From an uncultured Gemmatimonadales bacterium (GTDB lineage: Bacteria; Gemmatimonadota; Gemmatimonadetes; Gemmatimonadales; GWC2-71-9), in assembly GCA_963771275.1 (NCBI GenBank), contig CAVYSW010000003.1, positions 704,001-768,000 on the forward strand: DNA of 64,000 bases, written 5' to 3'. Of the stretch, positions 56,201 to 64,000 are shown one piece after another. A model generated the notes under the pieces. The model ran no database searches. It was not told where the DNA came from and saw only the letters and a list, made by a program, of their open reading frames with translations. How positions within the stretch are numbered: the stretch's first letter is position 1; every line of letters begins with the position of its first letter. The position numbers and the translations under genes are program-made.

Positions 56201-56473
56201 CGCGCGGCCTGAACCCCGGACTTCGCTCGAGACGGACGAGATCTCGTCCACGCCTCGCACTTGCTGCACTGCGGCCTCGAGCGGCGCCGTGACGAACGCT
56301 TCCATCGTCTCGGGCGACGCCCGGCTCCAGTCGGCGGTCAGCGAAAGCTGGGGGAGCTCGGTGTTGGGCAACAGCTCGATGGGGATGCCGCGCCACGCCG
56401 CTACCCCCAGGAGGGCGACGGCGAAGTACGCCATCGAAACGGCGACGGGCCGGCGGATCGCGAGCCGGATCAC
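53252..56473 (-). CDS. RND efflux permease subunit 2 (AcrB/AcrD/AcrF family)
   Basis: AIRRPVA, GLIVDNAIVVLENI, GIVVNNAILLVD, RVRPILMTS. Confidence 0.95.
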   Translation of the reverse strand: MIRLAIRRPVAVSMAYFAVALLGVAAWRGIPIELLPNTELPQLSLTADWSRASPETMEAFVTAPLEAAVQQVRGVDEISSVSSEVRGSGRAQITVKFARGTDMDFARLELSERLAAIEEDLPEGVIGPTITPYVPEEFRQQQRPFLRYTLTGPYTLEALRAYLDEQVTPEVLQVDGVAGIDAYGGRERVLEIVLDEDKVNALGLLPRVIWQRIMQLEYVTDAGVVEVDGIQRTLAIRQRTDSPDEVRRAPLLTNRGRIVRVSDVATVHDTYEEPQSLYRIDGMPAVAFTIHKEVGVNTVAVADRVKGRMAELSTTHPAGVRVLLDADESDAIKTQLQDLRVRAIISAAVVFVILLAFLRSFRSAAIVFATVAFSILITLNLIYFGGYSLNVLTLMGLAMGFGLIVDNAIVVLENIYRKWQTGQRGAGTATGVVGAAEEGAKEVVLAVLASTLTTVIVFIPFVYLQGELRAYYIPLAIVVGMSLLASLFVAFTFIPALAAKALGASAGRRTGGGTIPAASVPAAGGPPARPIYVRVYSTMIRFTLRWPWVTILLALAGLGGSYYVFNKYVTRGVLWRSWFGQDTYISIQINLPRGEELERTDELARFFEQKLAQTPEVERYVTQVAPQYAFIRVTFPDSLENTQIPVAIKEQMVAYSNLFGGAEVRVYGYGPSFYGGGASPPNYSIKILGYNYETVRDIAEDLGQRLKRFSRIRDVDVNSAGGWYTSDKASEFVLAIDRQRLGLHGLTAEDVVYQVASAVQGTVRRGYVRVAGDELRFDVKLANNENMDIHELPELLLQTPDGQGVRLGDVATVGDREVLSRIERENQQYQRYVSYEFRGPTKLGDRVRDAVVAATQLPEGYTIEGEQEWRWSTEEAKQLYGVLAISLVLVFMVTAALFESLRQPLCVLLTVPMALIGVFLIFYFTDASFTREAVIGVIMMGGIVVNNAILLVDHINLLRRSYGLPLREATIRGTIERVRPILMTSFTTIFGLLPLVFFSDYADSNIWNALGLSLIGGLSSSTLLVLTVTPAIYSLLERGPERERVAAGVVAGAAGAAEAAGAADAAGAAGAPA
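53265..53327. repeat. Seven tandem nonamers (CCTGCCGCT family) in the RND C-terminal tail, 3' of the four-helix remnant
   Basis: cctgccgct ccggccgcg tctgccgcc cctgccgct tctgccgct ccggccgct cccgccacc. Confidence 0.85.
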
Positions 56474-56500
56474 CGACGGCCGCTCCTGCCGCTCCTGCCG

Positions 56501-57757
56501 CTACTGCCGCCGCAATGCATACAGCCTCACATGCTCGACATCGAGCTCGTCGCGCCAGGTCCCGATGACGTAGTCACGGCCGATCTCCCGGACCGACAGG
56601 CCGGGCGGCGTCTCGACGGGGCCGAGCGCCAGCCCGTCCGGTCCGAACACGACCCAGTGGCGCCGCTCGTCACCCGGCCGGGCGACACCGCGCACCCAGA
56701 GGTCCCCCAGCGGGTCCGTCTTGAGGTCGTCGAACGCGGGGAACGTGCTGGGGAACGGAATGTCCTGGTACAGCCGCTCGGTGCTTTGGCGGGAGCCGGC
56801 ATCCGCACGCGCGAGCCGGTCCGCCTTGTGCCGCGCGATGTCGCCGCCGGTGACGGCGACCGGGGTCCACGCCAGGCGGATGATCTCCTCCGGCACGCCA
56901 CTCGCCGCGTACCGGGTGATCTCGTAGCGTGCGCTGTGTCCCGCGTAGAACCGGTGGCCCGCGATCACCACCAAGGTGTTCGTGCCGAACGGCAGGCTGC
57001 TGGCCATGGCGGAGTTGGTCCGACTCACGACGTACCACTCGGGTCCCGGGAACCGGCCAATCGAATCGCGCAGCGCGCCGGTCGAGTCGAACACGAGGAG
57101 CGGCATCGAGTCGCGCACGACCCGGGTCCCTTCGCCGCTTGGTCGAAACACGAAGCCGCGGTTGCACAGCCACGAGCCATCGGCAAAACGGCCAATGAGA
57201 AACGGCATCCCGGCCGGGAACTCCAGGGTGAAGGACCGGACGAACCGCCCCTCGGCGTCGAAGAGGGACACACGGCGGACGCTCCAGTCGTACGCGGCTA
57301 CCGTGTCGCCCGAGAGCGCGAGCACGCTTCCCAGTTGTTCGAACTCGCCCGGCCCGCCGCCCTTTCGACCGGCGGTCGTGAGATGCTCGCCCGTTGCGTC
57401 GAAGAACCGCAGCTCCTGGGAGCCGCCGTTCGCCACCACGATCCGGCCATCCGACAGGCGCACCGCGCCCCCGACCTGCGACAGCTGGTATGCCTCGTCG
57501 CCCTCGAGCACGCCGATGTCCACCCTCGGCTCGGCCTCCACGGTCCAGAGCGGCGGCGCGTTCGGGGCGAGCGCCGGATTCTCTACAATGCGAATCCCCG
57601 CCGAGTCCCGGATGACTGCCGCGGCCCCGCCCGCCTCCCCACCACAGCCGGATGCGAGAGAACAGAGAAGAGACGAGACGAGCAGGGCAGCGCTCACTCG
57701 CCGGTTCACTCGCTCCGTCTCTGCGCCACCTGCCGCTCCTGCGGTTGCGCTCATCAC
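56501..57757 (-). CDS. 6-bladed beta-propeller lipoprotein 4, between the two RND permease genes
   Basis: LASGC lipobox; [33 protein letters not shown]. Confidence 0.85.
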   Translation of the reverse strand: MMSATAGAAGGAETERVNRRVSAALLVSSLLCSLASGCGGEAGGAAAVIRDSAGIRIVENPALAPNAPPLWTVEAEPRVDIGVLEGDEAYQLSQVGGAVRLSDGRIVVANGGSQELRFFDATGEHLTTAGRKGGGPGEFEQLGSVLALSGDTVAAYDWSVRRVSLFDAEGRFVRSFTLEFPAGMPFLIGRFADGSWLCNRGFVFRPSGEGTRVVRDSMPLLVFDSTGALRDSIGRFPGPEWYVVSRTNSAMASSLPFGTNTLVVIAGHRFYAGHSARYEITRYAASGVPEEIIRLAWTPVAVTGGDIARHKADRLARADAGSRQSTERLYQDIPFPSTFPAFDDLKTDPLGDLWVRGVARPGDERRHWVVFGPDGLALGPVETPPGLSVREIGRDYVIGTWRDELDVEHVRLYALRRQ

Positions 57758-60700
57758 GCACCCTCCGTCTTCGGCGCCATCCCCACGAGCCGGCGCAGTT
57801 TCTCCCGTCCCTGCTCGATCACCTCGTACGCCACCGGCACGACGATCAACGTCAGCGCGGTGGAGCTGCTGAGCCCACCGATCACGGCGAGCGCGAGCGG
57901 GGCGCGGAGATCGGCGCCGCGGCCGATGCCGAGCGCCATGGGCAGCAGGCCGAGCACCGTGGTGATCGTCGTCATCAGGATCGGACGCAGGCGCTGGCCC
58001 GCCGCCTCCTCGATCGCCGGCCGCAACGCGAGCCCCTCCGCGCGCCGGCGATTGATGTAGTCCACCATCACGATCGCGTTGTTCACGACGATGCCGACCA
58101 GGATCACGATGCCGATCAGGCTCATGGTGTTGAGCCCCCCCCCGCCGATCAGCAGCGCGGCCGAGGCGCCGACCGTGACCAGGGGCACGGACAGCATGAT
58201 GGTGAACGGGTGCACGAACGACTCGAACTGGGCTGCGAGGATCATGTAGACGAGCAGCAGCGCCATGCCGAACGCGAACGCGAGATCCCGGAAGCTCCGC
58301 GCGCGCTCCTCGCTGGCGCCCCCGATCTCGTAGCGCACGCCGTGCGGCGCCTGCTCGCCAGCCAGCGCCCGGCGGATATCGGTCACCGCCTGGTCCAGCC
58401 CGCCGTGCGCGACGTCCGCGAACACCTCCACGACGCGGCCCTGATCGCGGCGGCGCACCTCGGCGGGCCCCAGCACCTCATGGGTCACCACCAGCTCGCG
58501 CAGTGGCACGCCGTTGATCGACAGCGTCTGGAGCGTCTCCAGCGAGCGCCGCTCGCTCTCGGGCAGGCGGACCAGCACGGGCACCTTCTCGTCGAAATCC
58601 ACGTACTGGGTCGCGACCGCGCCGCGCATGTACTGCTCCACCGTCTGCGCGATGAGCGCCGGCTCGATCCCGTAGGCGGCCGCCTTGTCACGTGCGATCT
58701 CTACCCGGATCTCGGGCTGGCCTTCTTCGGCGCGGAGCCGCACGTTGCGCAGCGTCGACACACCCTGGAGCCGCCGCTCCACCTGGCGGGCGTAGCCCCA
58801 GATCGCGTCGAGATCCTCCCCGCGCACCCGCACGGAGATGTCCGCCTCCTCGCCGCCCAGCAGGCGGCCCAGCGCGGTCGCGGTCCCGGTTTCCACCGTG
58901 ATCGTCCCCGGCGGGAACTCGGCGAGGCTGGATGCAAGCCGGTCGAGCACGGGTGCCGTCTTGGCGCCTGCGGCGAGCGTCACCTCGATGCGCGCCGTGT
59001 TGAGCCCGCTCTCCTCTTCCTCCACTCCGGCCACGGCGCTCTGGCGGCCGACGCGGGTGAACACGGTCGCCACGTCCGGGTCGCCCCGCGCCGCCTGCTC
59101 GAGCCGGGTCGCGGCCGTGGTGGTCTCCTCGATCGGCGTCCCGCGCGCCAGCTCCAGCGCGATGGTGAACTCGCCCTGGTCCACCTTGGGGAGCACGGCC
59201 CGATCGAGCCGGAGCCCCAGCGCGAGCCCTACCAGCAGCAGCACGCCGGCGGCCGCCATCACGCGGCCGGGGACGCGCAGCGCGCCCGCAATCACCCCCG
59301 CGTACCACGCGGTGAACCGCGCGTAGTGGCGGTCGAACCACTGGAAGAGCGGGCTCGTGACGACGCGGTACACGGTGGGCACCCACCCGAACAGCGCGCC
59401 CGTCACCGCCCGCAGCACGCGCACCGGCAGCGTGGCGGGCCGCCGCTGGTCGCCCGCGGCCGACCAGCGCGCCGCCATCGCCGGCAGCGCGGTCACCGCC
59501 ACCAGGAGGCTCGCGAGCAGCGCGAACGTGACGGCGAGCGACAGGTCGCGGAACAGCTCGCCGGCCACGCCCTCGACGTAGATGATCGGTCCGAACACCG
59601 CGATCGTCGTGAGCGTCGACGCGGTGATCGCGTTGAGGACTTCATCCGTCCCACGGGCCGCGGCGTCCGGCTGCGACAGCCCCTTGCCGCGCAGGCGGAA
59701 GATGTTCTCCAGCACGACGATCGAGTTGTCCACCAGCATGCCCACGCCGAGCGCGAGCCCGCCCAGGCTCATGATGTTGAGCGAGACCTTGGCCAGGTCC
59801 ATCAGGGCGAACGTGGCGACCACCGAGACCGGAATCGAGAGCGAGATCGCCACCGGATAGCGGGCGTCGTGCAGGAACAGAAACAGCACGAGGAACGCGA
59901 GCAGCCCTCCGAAGATGAGCGACGAAACGACGTTGCCGATCGCCTCGCTGATGAACCCGGCCTGCGCGGTGGCGACGTCGAGGTGGGTGTCGGGGTACTG
60001 GGCCCGCACCTGGCGCAGCACCTTCTCGACCTCCTGGGTCACCCGCACGGTGTTGGCCCCGGCCTCCTTGAACAGCAGCAGGCCGACCGACTCCTGTCCG
60101 TTGTAGCGCGCCACCGACTCGCGCTCCTTGAAGCCGTCGTCCACGGCGGCGACGTCCTTGAGCAACACCAGCCCGCCGGCGCCGGTGCGTCGCTGTCCGA
60201 GCGGCACGGCGCCGATCTCGTCGACCGACTGGAACTCCCCCAGGGTGCGGAGCGCGTAGCGATAGCGGCCCCGCCGGATCGTGCCCCCCGGCGCGCTCTG
60301 GTTGGCGGCGTCGAGCGCCCGCACCACGTCGTCCACCGTGAAGCCGTAGGTGTCGAGCAGCCGGGGATTCACCTCGACGTGGATCTCGCGCTCCAGGCCG
60401 CCGGCCAGCGCCGCCTCGGCAATGCCGTCGATCTGCTCGAGCCGCCGCTTGAAGACGTTCTCCGCGAGATCCTTGAGCGCGGCCAGGTCCGTCGTGCCGG
60501 ACACTGAGAGCGCCATGATCGGATCGGCGGTGGGATCGGTGCGCAGCACGACGGGGCGGGTCGCGAGCTCGGGCAGCCCGTCGCGGATGTTGTCCAGCTG
60601 CTCGCGCACGTTGAGCGCCGCGAAGTCCATGTCGGTGCCCCACGTAAAGCGAATCGTGACCAGCGACACGCCCTCGCGCGACACGCTCTCGACGCGCTCG

Positions 60701-60930
60701 ACGCCCGGCACCCGGCCCGCCACCTGCTCGATCCGCTCCGTGACGAACCGCTCGACCTCCGCCGGCCCCACGTCCGGATAGCGGGTGTAGACGACGAGCC
60801 GCGGGTAGGCGATGGAGGGAAGCAGGTCGATCGGCAGCCGCACGTAAGACAGCACGCCAAGAAAGCCGACCGCGGCGACCAGCATCGCCACGGCCACCGG
60901 CCGGGCGACGGAGATGCGCGCGACGCTCAC
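57754..60930 (-). CDS. RND efflux permease subunit 1 (AcrB/AcrD/AcrF family)
   Basis: SVARPVA, GMLVDNSIVVLENI, AAQFES, GIVVNNAIVMVD, RLRPILMT. Confidence 0.95.
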   Translation of the reverse strand: MSVARISVARPVAVAMLVAAVGFLGVLSYVRLPIDLLPSIAYPRLVVYTRYPDVGPAEVERFVTERIEQVAGRVPGVERVESVSREGVSLVTIRFTWGTDMDFAALNVREQLDNIRDGLPELATRPVVLRTDPTADPIMALSVSGTTDLAALKDLAENVFKRRLEQIDGIAEAALAGGLEREIHVEVNPRLLDTYGFTVDDVVRALDAANQSAPGGTIRRGRYRYALRTLGEFQSVDEIGAVPLGQRRTGAGGLVLLKDVAAVDDGFKERESVARYNGQESVGLLLFKEAGANTVRVTQEVEKVLRQVRAQYPDTHLDVATAQAGFISEAIGNVVSSLIFGGLLAFLVLFLFLHDARYPVAISLSIPVSVVATFALMDLAKVSLNIMSLGGLALGVGMLVDNSIVVLENIFRLRGKGLSQPDAAARGTDEVLNAITASTLTTIAVFGPIIYVEGVAGELFRDLSLAVTFALLASLLVAVTALPAMAARWSAAGDQRRPATLPVRVLRAVTGALFGWVPTVYRVVTSPLFQWFDRHYARFTAWYAGVIAGALRVPGRVMAAAGVLLLVGLALGLRLDRAVLPKVDQGEFTIALELARGTPIEETTTAATRLEQAARGDPDVATVFTRVGRQSAVAGVEEEESGLNTARIEVTLAAGAKTAPVLDRLASSLAEFPPGTITVETGTATALGRLLGGEEADISVRVRGEDLDAIWGYARQVERRLQGVSTLRNVRLRAEEGQPEIRVEIARDKAAAYGIEPALIAQTVEQYMRGAVATQYVDFDEKVPVLVRLPESERRSLETLQTLSINGVPLRELVVTHEVLGPAEVRRRDQGRVVEVFADVAHGGLDQAVTDIRRALAGEQAPHGVRYEIGGASEERARSFRDLAFAFGMALLLVYMILAAQFESFVHPFTIMLSVPLVTVGASAALLIGGGGLNTMSLIGIVILVGIVVNNAIVMVDYINRRRAEGLALRPAIEEAAGQRLRPILMTTITTVLGLLPMALGIGRGADLRAPLALAVIGGLSSSTALTLIVVPVAYEVIEQGREKLRRLVGMAPKTEGA

Positions 60931-62297
60931 GGCCGCACGGGCCGGCCGGCCCGCTCCTCCAGCGCCACGACGGCTTCCGCGAACGCGTAGCGCGCGTTGG
61001 TGAGCTGGCGTTCCTCCTGCGAAGCGCGGTCGATCAGGATCTGGAGGTTGGCGAACGAGATCGCGCCGATGGCGTAGCGCTCGCGCGCCAGCCGCAACCG
61101 CTCGGAGCTGTAGCCCGAGGCGCGCTGCGCCAGGCTCAAGGCCTGGTAGGCGTTCTGCACGTCGATCACCGCCGAGCGGATGTCCTGCTCCAGCCCCAGC
61201 TGCCCAGCGCGGAGCGACTCATCCGCGTTCCGCGCGTCGGCGTCGGCCGCGGCCACCTGGGCCGAGGTCTGAAACCCTGTGAACAGGGGGAGGTTCACGC
61301 TCAGGCTGAAGCTGAAGGACCGGTCCCGCGGGTTGAGCTTGAAGAACGCGCTGTAGGCGTCGTCGTTCGTGAAGCGCTGGAACGACGCGCCGAGCTGGAC
61401 CGTCGGCCAGCGCCCGCCGCTGGCAACGGACGCCCGGAGGTGCGCCGCGTCGGCCGACGCCGCGAGGCGCTGAATCTGGGGGTGGTCCGTGAGCGCGAGC
61501 GCGACGAGCGAATCCGGGCGCAGCGCCGCCGGGTCCCACGCGGGCGGCAGCTCCCCCACGACCGCGAACTCGATCGGCTCCGTAAGGCCCAGCTGCTCAC
61601 GCAGCGAGACGACCGCCTTCTGGGCGTCGCCTCGCGTCCGGGCGAGCTGCAGCTCCGCGTTGGCGACGTCCGCCTCGGCGCCGAGCACATCTTCCCGGTT
61701 GGCTGCCGCCACGCGAAACAGGCGCTCGGTATTGTCACGCTGTTCCTGGGACGATGCGAGCAGGCGCTCTTCCAGCACGATCAGCTGGCTGGTACGCAGG
61801 GCTTCGTAGAAGCGGCGCGTCGTCTCTGCATCCACCTGGCTCCGCGTCGCCCAGCGGGTCGCGTCAGCCGCATCCTGGTTGGCGCGGGCGGCCCGCAGCG
61901 TCTTGAAGTTGCGCAGGCCGTCGAACAGAGTGAGCCCAGCCGAGAGGCTCTGGCTGGCGCTGCTACCCTTGTAGCTGATTACCGTGTCCCGGCCGAGGGG
62001 TTGGCCGAAGATGTCCAGCGCGGTCACACGCCGCGAGTCGTTGCCGGAAAATGACATCCGCGCGTCGAGCGACGGCATGAACGCGCCCCAGCCGGCGCGC
62101 ACCTGCGCCCCTTGGGCCCGGTAGGTGTTCACGGCCTGCAGGTACTGCGGGTTCCGCTCCCGCGCGATCGCGATCGCGTCGTCCAGGGTGAGGCGCGCCG
62201 GAACGGCCGTGCGCGCCTGGGCCGCCACTGGCGGCGCGAACCCTGCCGCCCCTGCCGCCCCTGCCACCACTGCCACCACTGCCGCCGCGATCCTCAT
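60927..62297 (-). CDS. TolC family outer-membrane efflux protein
   Basis: LTLDDAIAIARERNP, LTLFDG, LPLFTG, ARERYAIG. Confidence 0.92.
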   Translation of the reverse strand: MRIAAAVVAVVAGAAGAAGFAPPVAAQARTAVPARLTLDDAIAIARERNPQYLQAVNTYRAQGAQVRAGWGAFMPSLDARMSFSGNDSRRVTALDIFGQPLGRDTVISYKGSSASQSLSAGLTLFDGLRNFKTLRAARANQDAADATRWATRSQVDAETTRRFYEALRTSQLIVLEERLLASSQEQRDNTERLFRVAAANREDVLGAEADVANAELQLARTRGDAQKAVVSLREQLGLTEPIEFAVVGELPPAWDPAALRPDSLVALALTDHPQIQRLAASADAAHLRASVASGGRWPTVQLGASFQRFTNDDAYSAFFKLNPRDRSFSFSLSVNLPLFTGFQTSAQVAAADADARNADESLRAGQLGLEQDIRSAVIDVQNAYQALSLAQRASGYSSERLRLARERYAIGAISFANLQILIDRASQEERQLTNARYAFAEAVVALEERAGRPVRP

Positions 62298-63484
62298 CTC
62301 GGCCTCCCGCCGGCGGCCTGGACGTTCTCGACCAGCCGGACCCGGGCATCGTGGATCAGCGTGTAGTGTCCGTCGGTGAGCACGATCTCGCCGGGCTGGA
62401 CCATCTCGGTCTCCGGGTTCGCGACGATCTCGACCAGCGAGTCGTTGGCGAGCCCGGTCGTCACGTAGCGCCACTTGGCGAGTCCGGTGGTCGCCCCCTC
62501 ACCGTCGCCCTGGAACACGAACAACATCGTCCGCCGGTCGCGCTCCAACACCGCGGCGCGCGGCACGAGAATTCGGTTGGGGAACTTCCGGGCTTCGAGC
62601 GCCACCCGCGCGTACATGCCCGGCAGGATGCGGCTCTCCGAGTTGGGAATGGTGACGGTCACGTTCGCGGTGCGGGTGTCCTGCGCCACCACGGGGTTGA
62701 TGGTCTCGATGCGCCCGGCGAACTCCTCGCCGGGGAACGCGGCAAACGAGACGAACGCACGCCGTCCGGCCGCGAGCAATCCGACTTCGCTCTCAAGCAC
62801 CTGCACCACGACCCGAATGGGGTTCAGATCCACCACGGTCGCCAGCTCGTCCCCCACCCGCACCGTCTGGCCCGGCATCACCTTGACCGACGCGGCGCGG
62901 CCCGCAAACGGCGCCGTCACCCGGGTGCGCTGCAGCTGGAGGTCGGCCTCGCGCACGCTGACTTCGGCTTCGGCGAGGCCGCTCTTGGCCCGCGCCACCC
63001 GCGCCCGCTCGACGCGCACCGCCGAGTCGGCGATCTGGTCGTCGAACAAGGTGAGCTCACGGAACGAGGCCTGCGTCCGGGCGAGGTTCGCCTCCGCCCG
63101 CGCGAGCCCCAGCGCGTACTCCGTCGTGTCGATCACGACGAGCAGCTGCCCCGCCACCACCCGGTCGTTGTCGCGCACCGTCACGTCCATCACCCGGCCG
63201 GCGACCTGGGCCAGGATGCGCGAGTCGCGCTGAGCGGCCGCCTGGGCCGCCGCTGACACGGAGATGACCAGCGTGTCCCGCTCGACCTTGGCCCCCTCCA
63301 CCGGGATCGCGACATCCGTCGAGAAGGTCTCGGTCGCCGAGACATCCGGACGGCGGGACGTGCTGTCGGTGGTGGAGCCGTCGCCGGACGCCTTGCCGGC
63401 GAACAGCCAGAAGTAGGCGCCCGTGCCGGCGGCGAGCACGACGAGGCCGCCGGCGGCGGAGAGCAGGAGTCGAGTACGTGTCAT
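62294..63484 (-). CDS. RND periplasmic adaptor (membrane fusion protein)
   Basis: N-terminal TM, lipoyl-like motifs (VAGRV..V.V.D, TAPFAG), INPVV...TRT, ILPGMYA. Confidence 0.93.
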   Translation of the reverse strand: MTRTRLLLSAAGGLVVLAAGTGAYFWLFAGKASGDGSTTDSTSRRPDVSATETFSTDVAIPVEGAKVERDTLVISVSAAAQAAAQRDSRILAQVAGRVMDVTVRDNDRVVAGQLLVVIDTTEYALGLARAEANLARTQASFRELTLFDDQIADSAVRVERARVARAKSGLAEAEVSVREADLQLQRTRVTAPFAGRAASVKVMPGQTVRVGDELATVVDLNPIRVVVQVLESEVGLLAAGRRAFVSFAAFPGEEFAGRIETINPVVAQDTRTANVTVTIPNSESRILPGMYARVALEARKFPNRILVPRAAVLERDRRTMLFVFQGDGEGATTGLAKWRYVTTGLANDSLVEIVANPETEMVQPGEIVLTDGHYTLIHDARVRLVENVQAAGGRPR

Positions 63485-63630
63485 GGTCAACGCCGCGTGG
63501 GAGCCCAGGTCGGAGCAACGGGAAAGCAACGAATCGATGTAATGTGCCCGGCCGCCCCGCGAATGTCACGCCTGCGGAGCGGCTGGGCTACAGATGCACG
63601 ATGTGCCCTAACGGGTTGCAGGGCGGCGCG

Positions 63631-64000
63631 TCACCGCGCCGAGCGGCCTGGCTCGAGCCGGAAGACCCTGATCCCGTCCATGGTGAGCCGGTAGAACCGC
63701 CCGCGGTGAATCACGCCGCGGCCCCCAGCCAGTTGGGGGTCGGTCCCGGACGCCCAACGCAGCGACCGACTGTGATAGGTCCTGGCGTCCACCAACAGGC
63801 CGAACACGCCGTCTATCGCGGGAAAGAGCAGGAGCAAGCGGTCGTCGTCCGTCGCGGAGAACGACGTGATCTTCGGGAGCGCGTTTCGTCCGGAGCCGCC
63901 AAAATCGCGCTCGACCAGCGCGGCGCGCTTAGTCAGTCCCTCGAGCACCGCGTCCGGCAGGCGCCGGGCCGTGAGCCGTCGGCCGTCGGGGCTGAACTTC
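63631..64000 (-). CDS. C-terminus of a hypothetical protein, possibly another beta-propeller (partial, right edge)
   Basis: Open frame to the edge: PKITSFSATDDDRLLL...GRFYRLTMDGIRVFRL. Confidence 0.5.
   Translation of the reverse strand, partial: KFSPDGRRLTARRLPDAVLEGLTKRAALVERDFGGSGRNALPKITSFSATDDDRLLLLFPAIDGVFGLLVDARTYHSRSLRWASGTDPQLAGGRGVIHRGRFYRLTMDGIRVFRLEPGRSAR

Noticed and set aside
63485..63630. Small precursor peptide next to the RND operon
   Set aside because: No credible ORF with RBS, leader or conserved core; looks like a promoter region

Overview
A 64 kb stretch of high-GC bacterial chromosome. Gene content and the expanded 6-bladed beta-propeller lipoproteins suggest Gemmatimonadota, but this is inference only. 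Housekeeping and metabolic genes include nadA-nadC, leuS, gyrA, a serA-like dehydrogenase with a class V aminotransferase, a NAPRTase-like enzyme, peptidases, an SPFH/ABC locus, an ECF sigma/anti-sigma/PDZ trio, an MCP, a diguanylate cyclase and a Ser/Thr kinase. Accessory parts are: (i) a type I restriction-modification locus with an apparently truncated hsdR, no hsdS and an embedded RelE-type toxin module; (ii) a VapBC-like pair; (iii) a ~17 kb cluster of 6-bladed beta-propeller lipoproteins interleaved with an MFP-TolC-twin RND operon. The most striking unexplained structure is a dispersed family of hairpin elements whose arms are inverted tandem 7-mer or 9-mer repeats. They occur as empty intergenic hairpins, as in-frame peptide tracts, and as the borders of a ~2 kb lower-GC cassette holding a decayed four-helix-bundle (IVS-protein/Avd-like) gene. 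Several genes show internal deletions or small indels that may be real decay or assembly errors. No rRNA, tRNA, CRISPR array, integrase or transposase was recognised. All protein calls are by motif recognition, with no database search.
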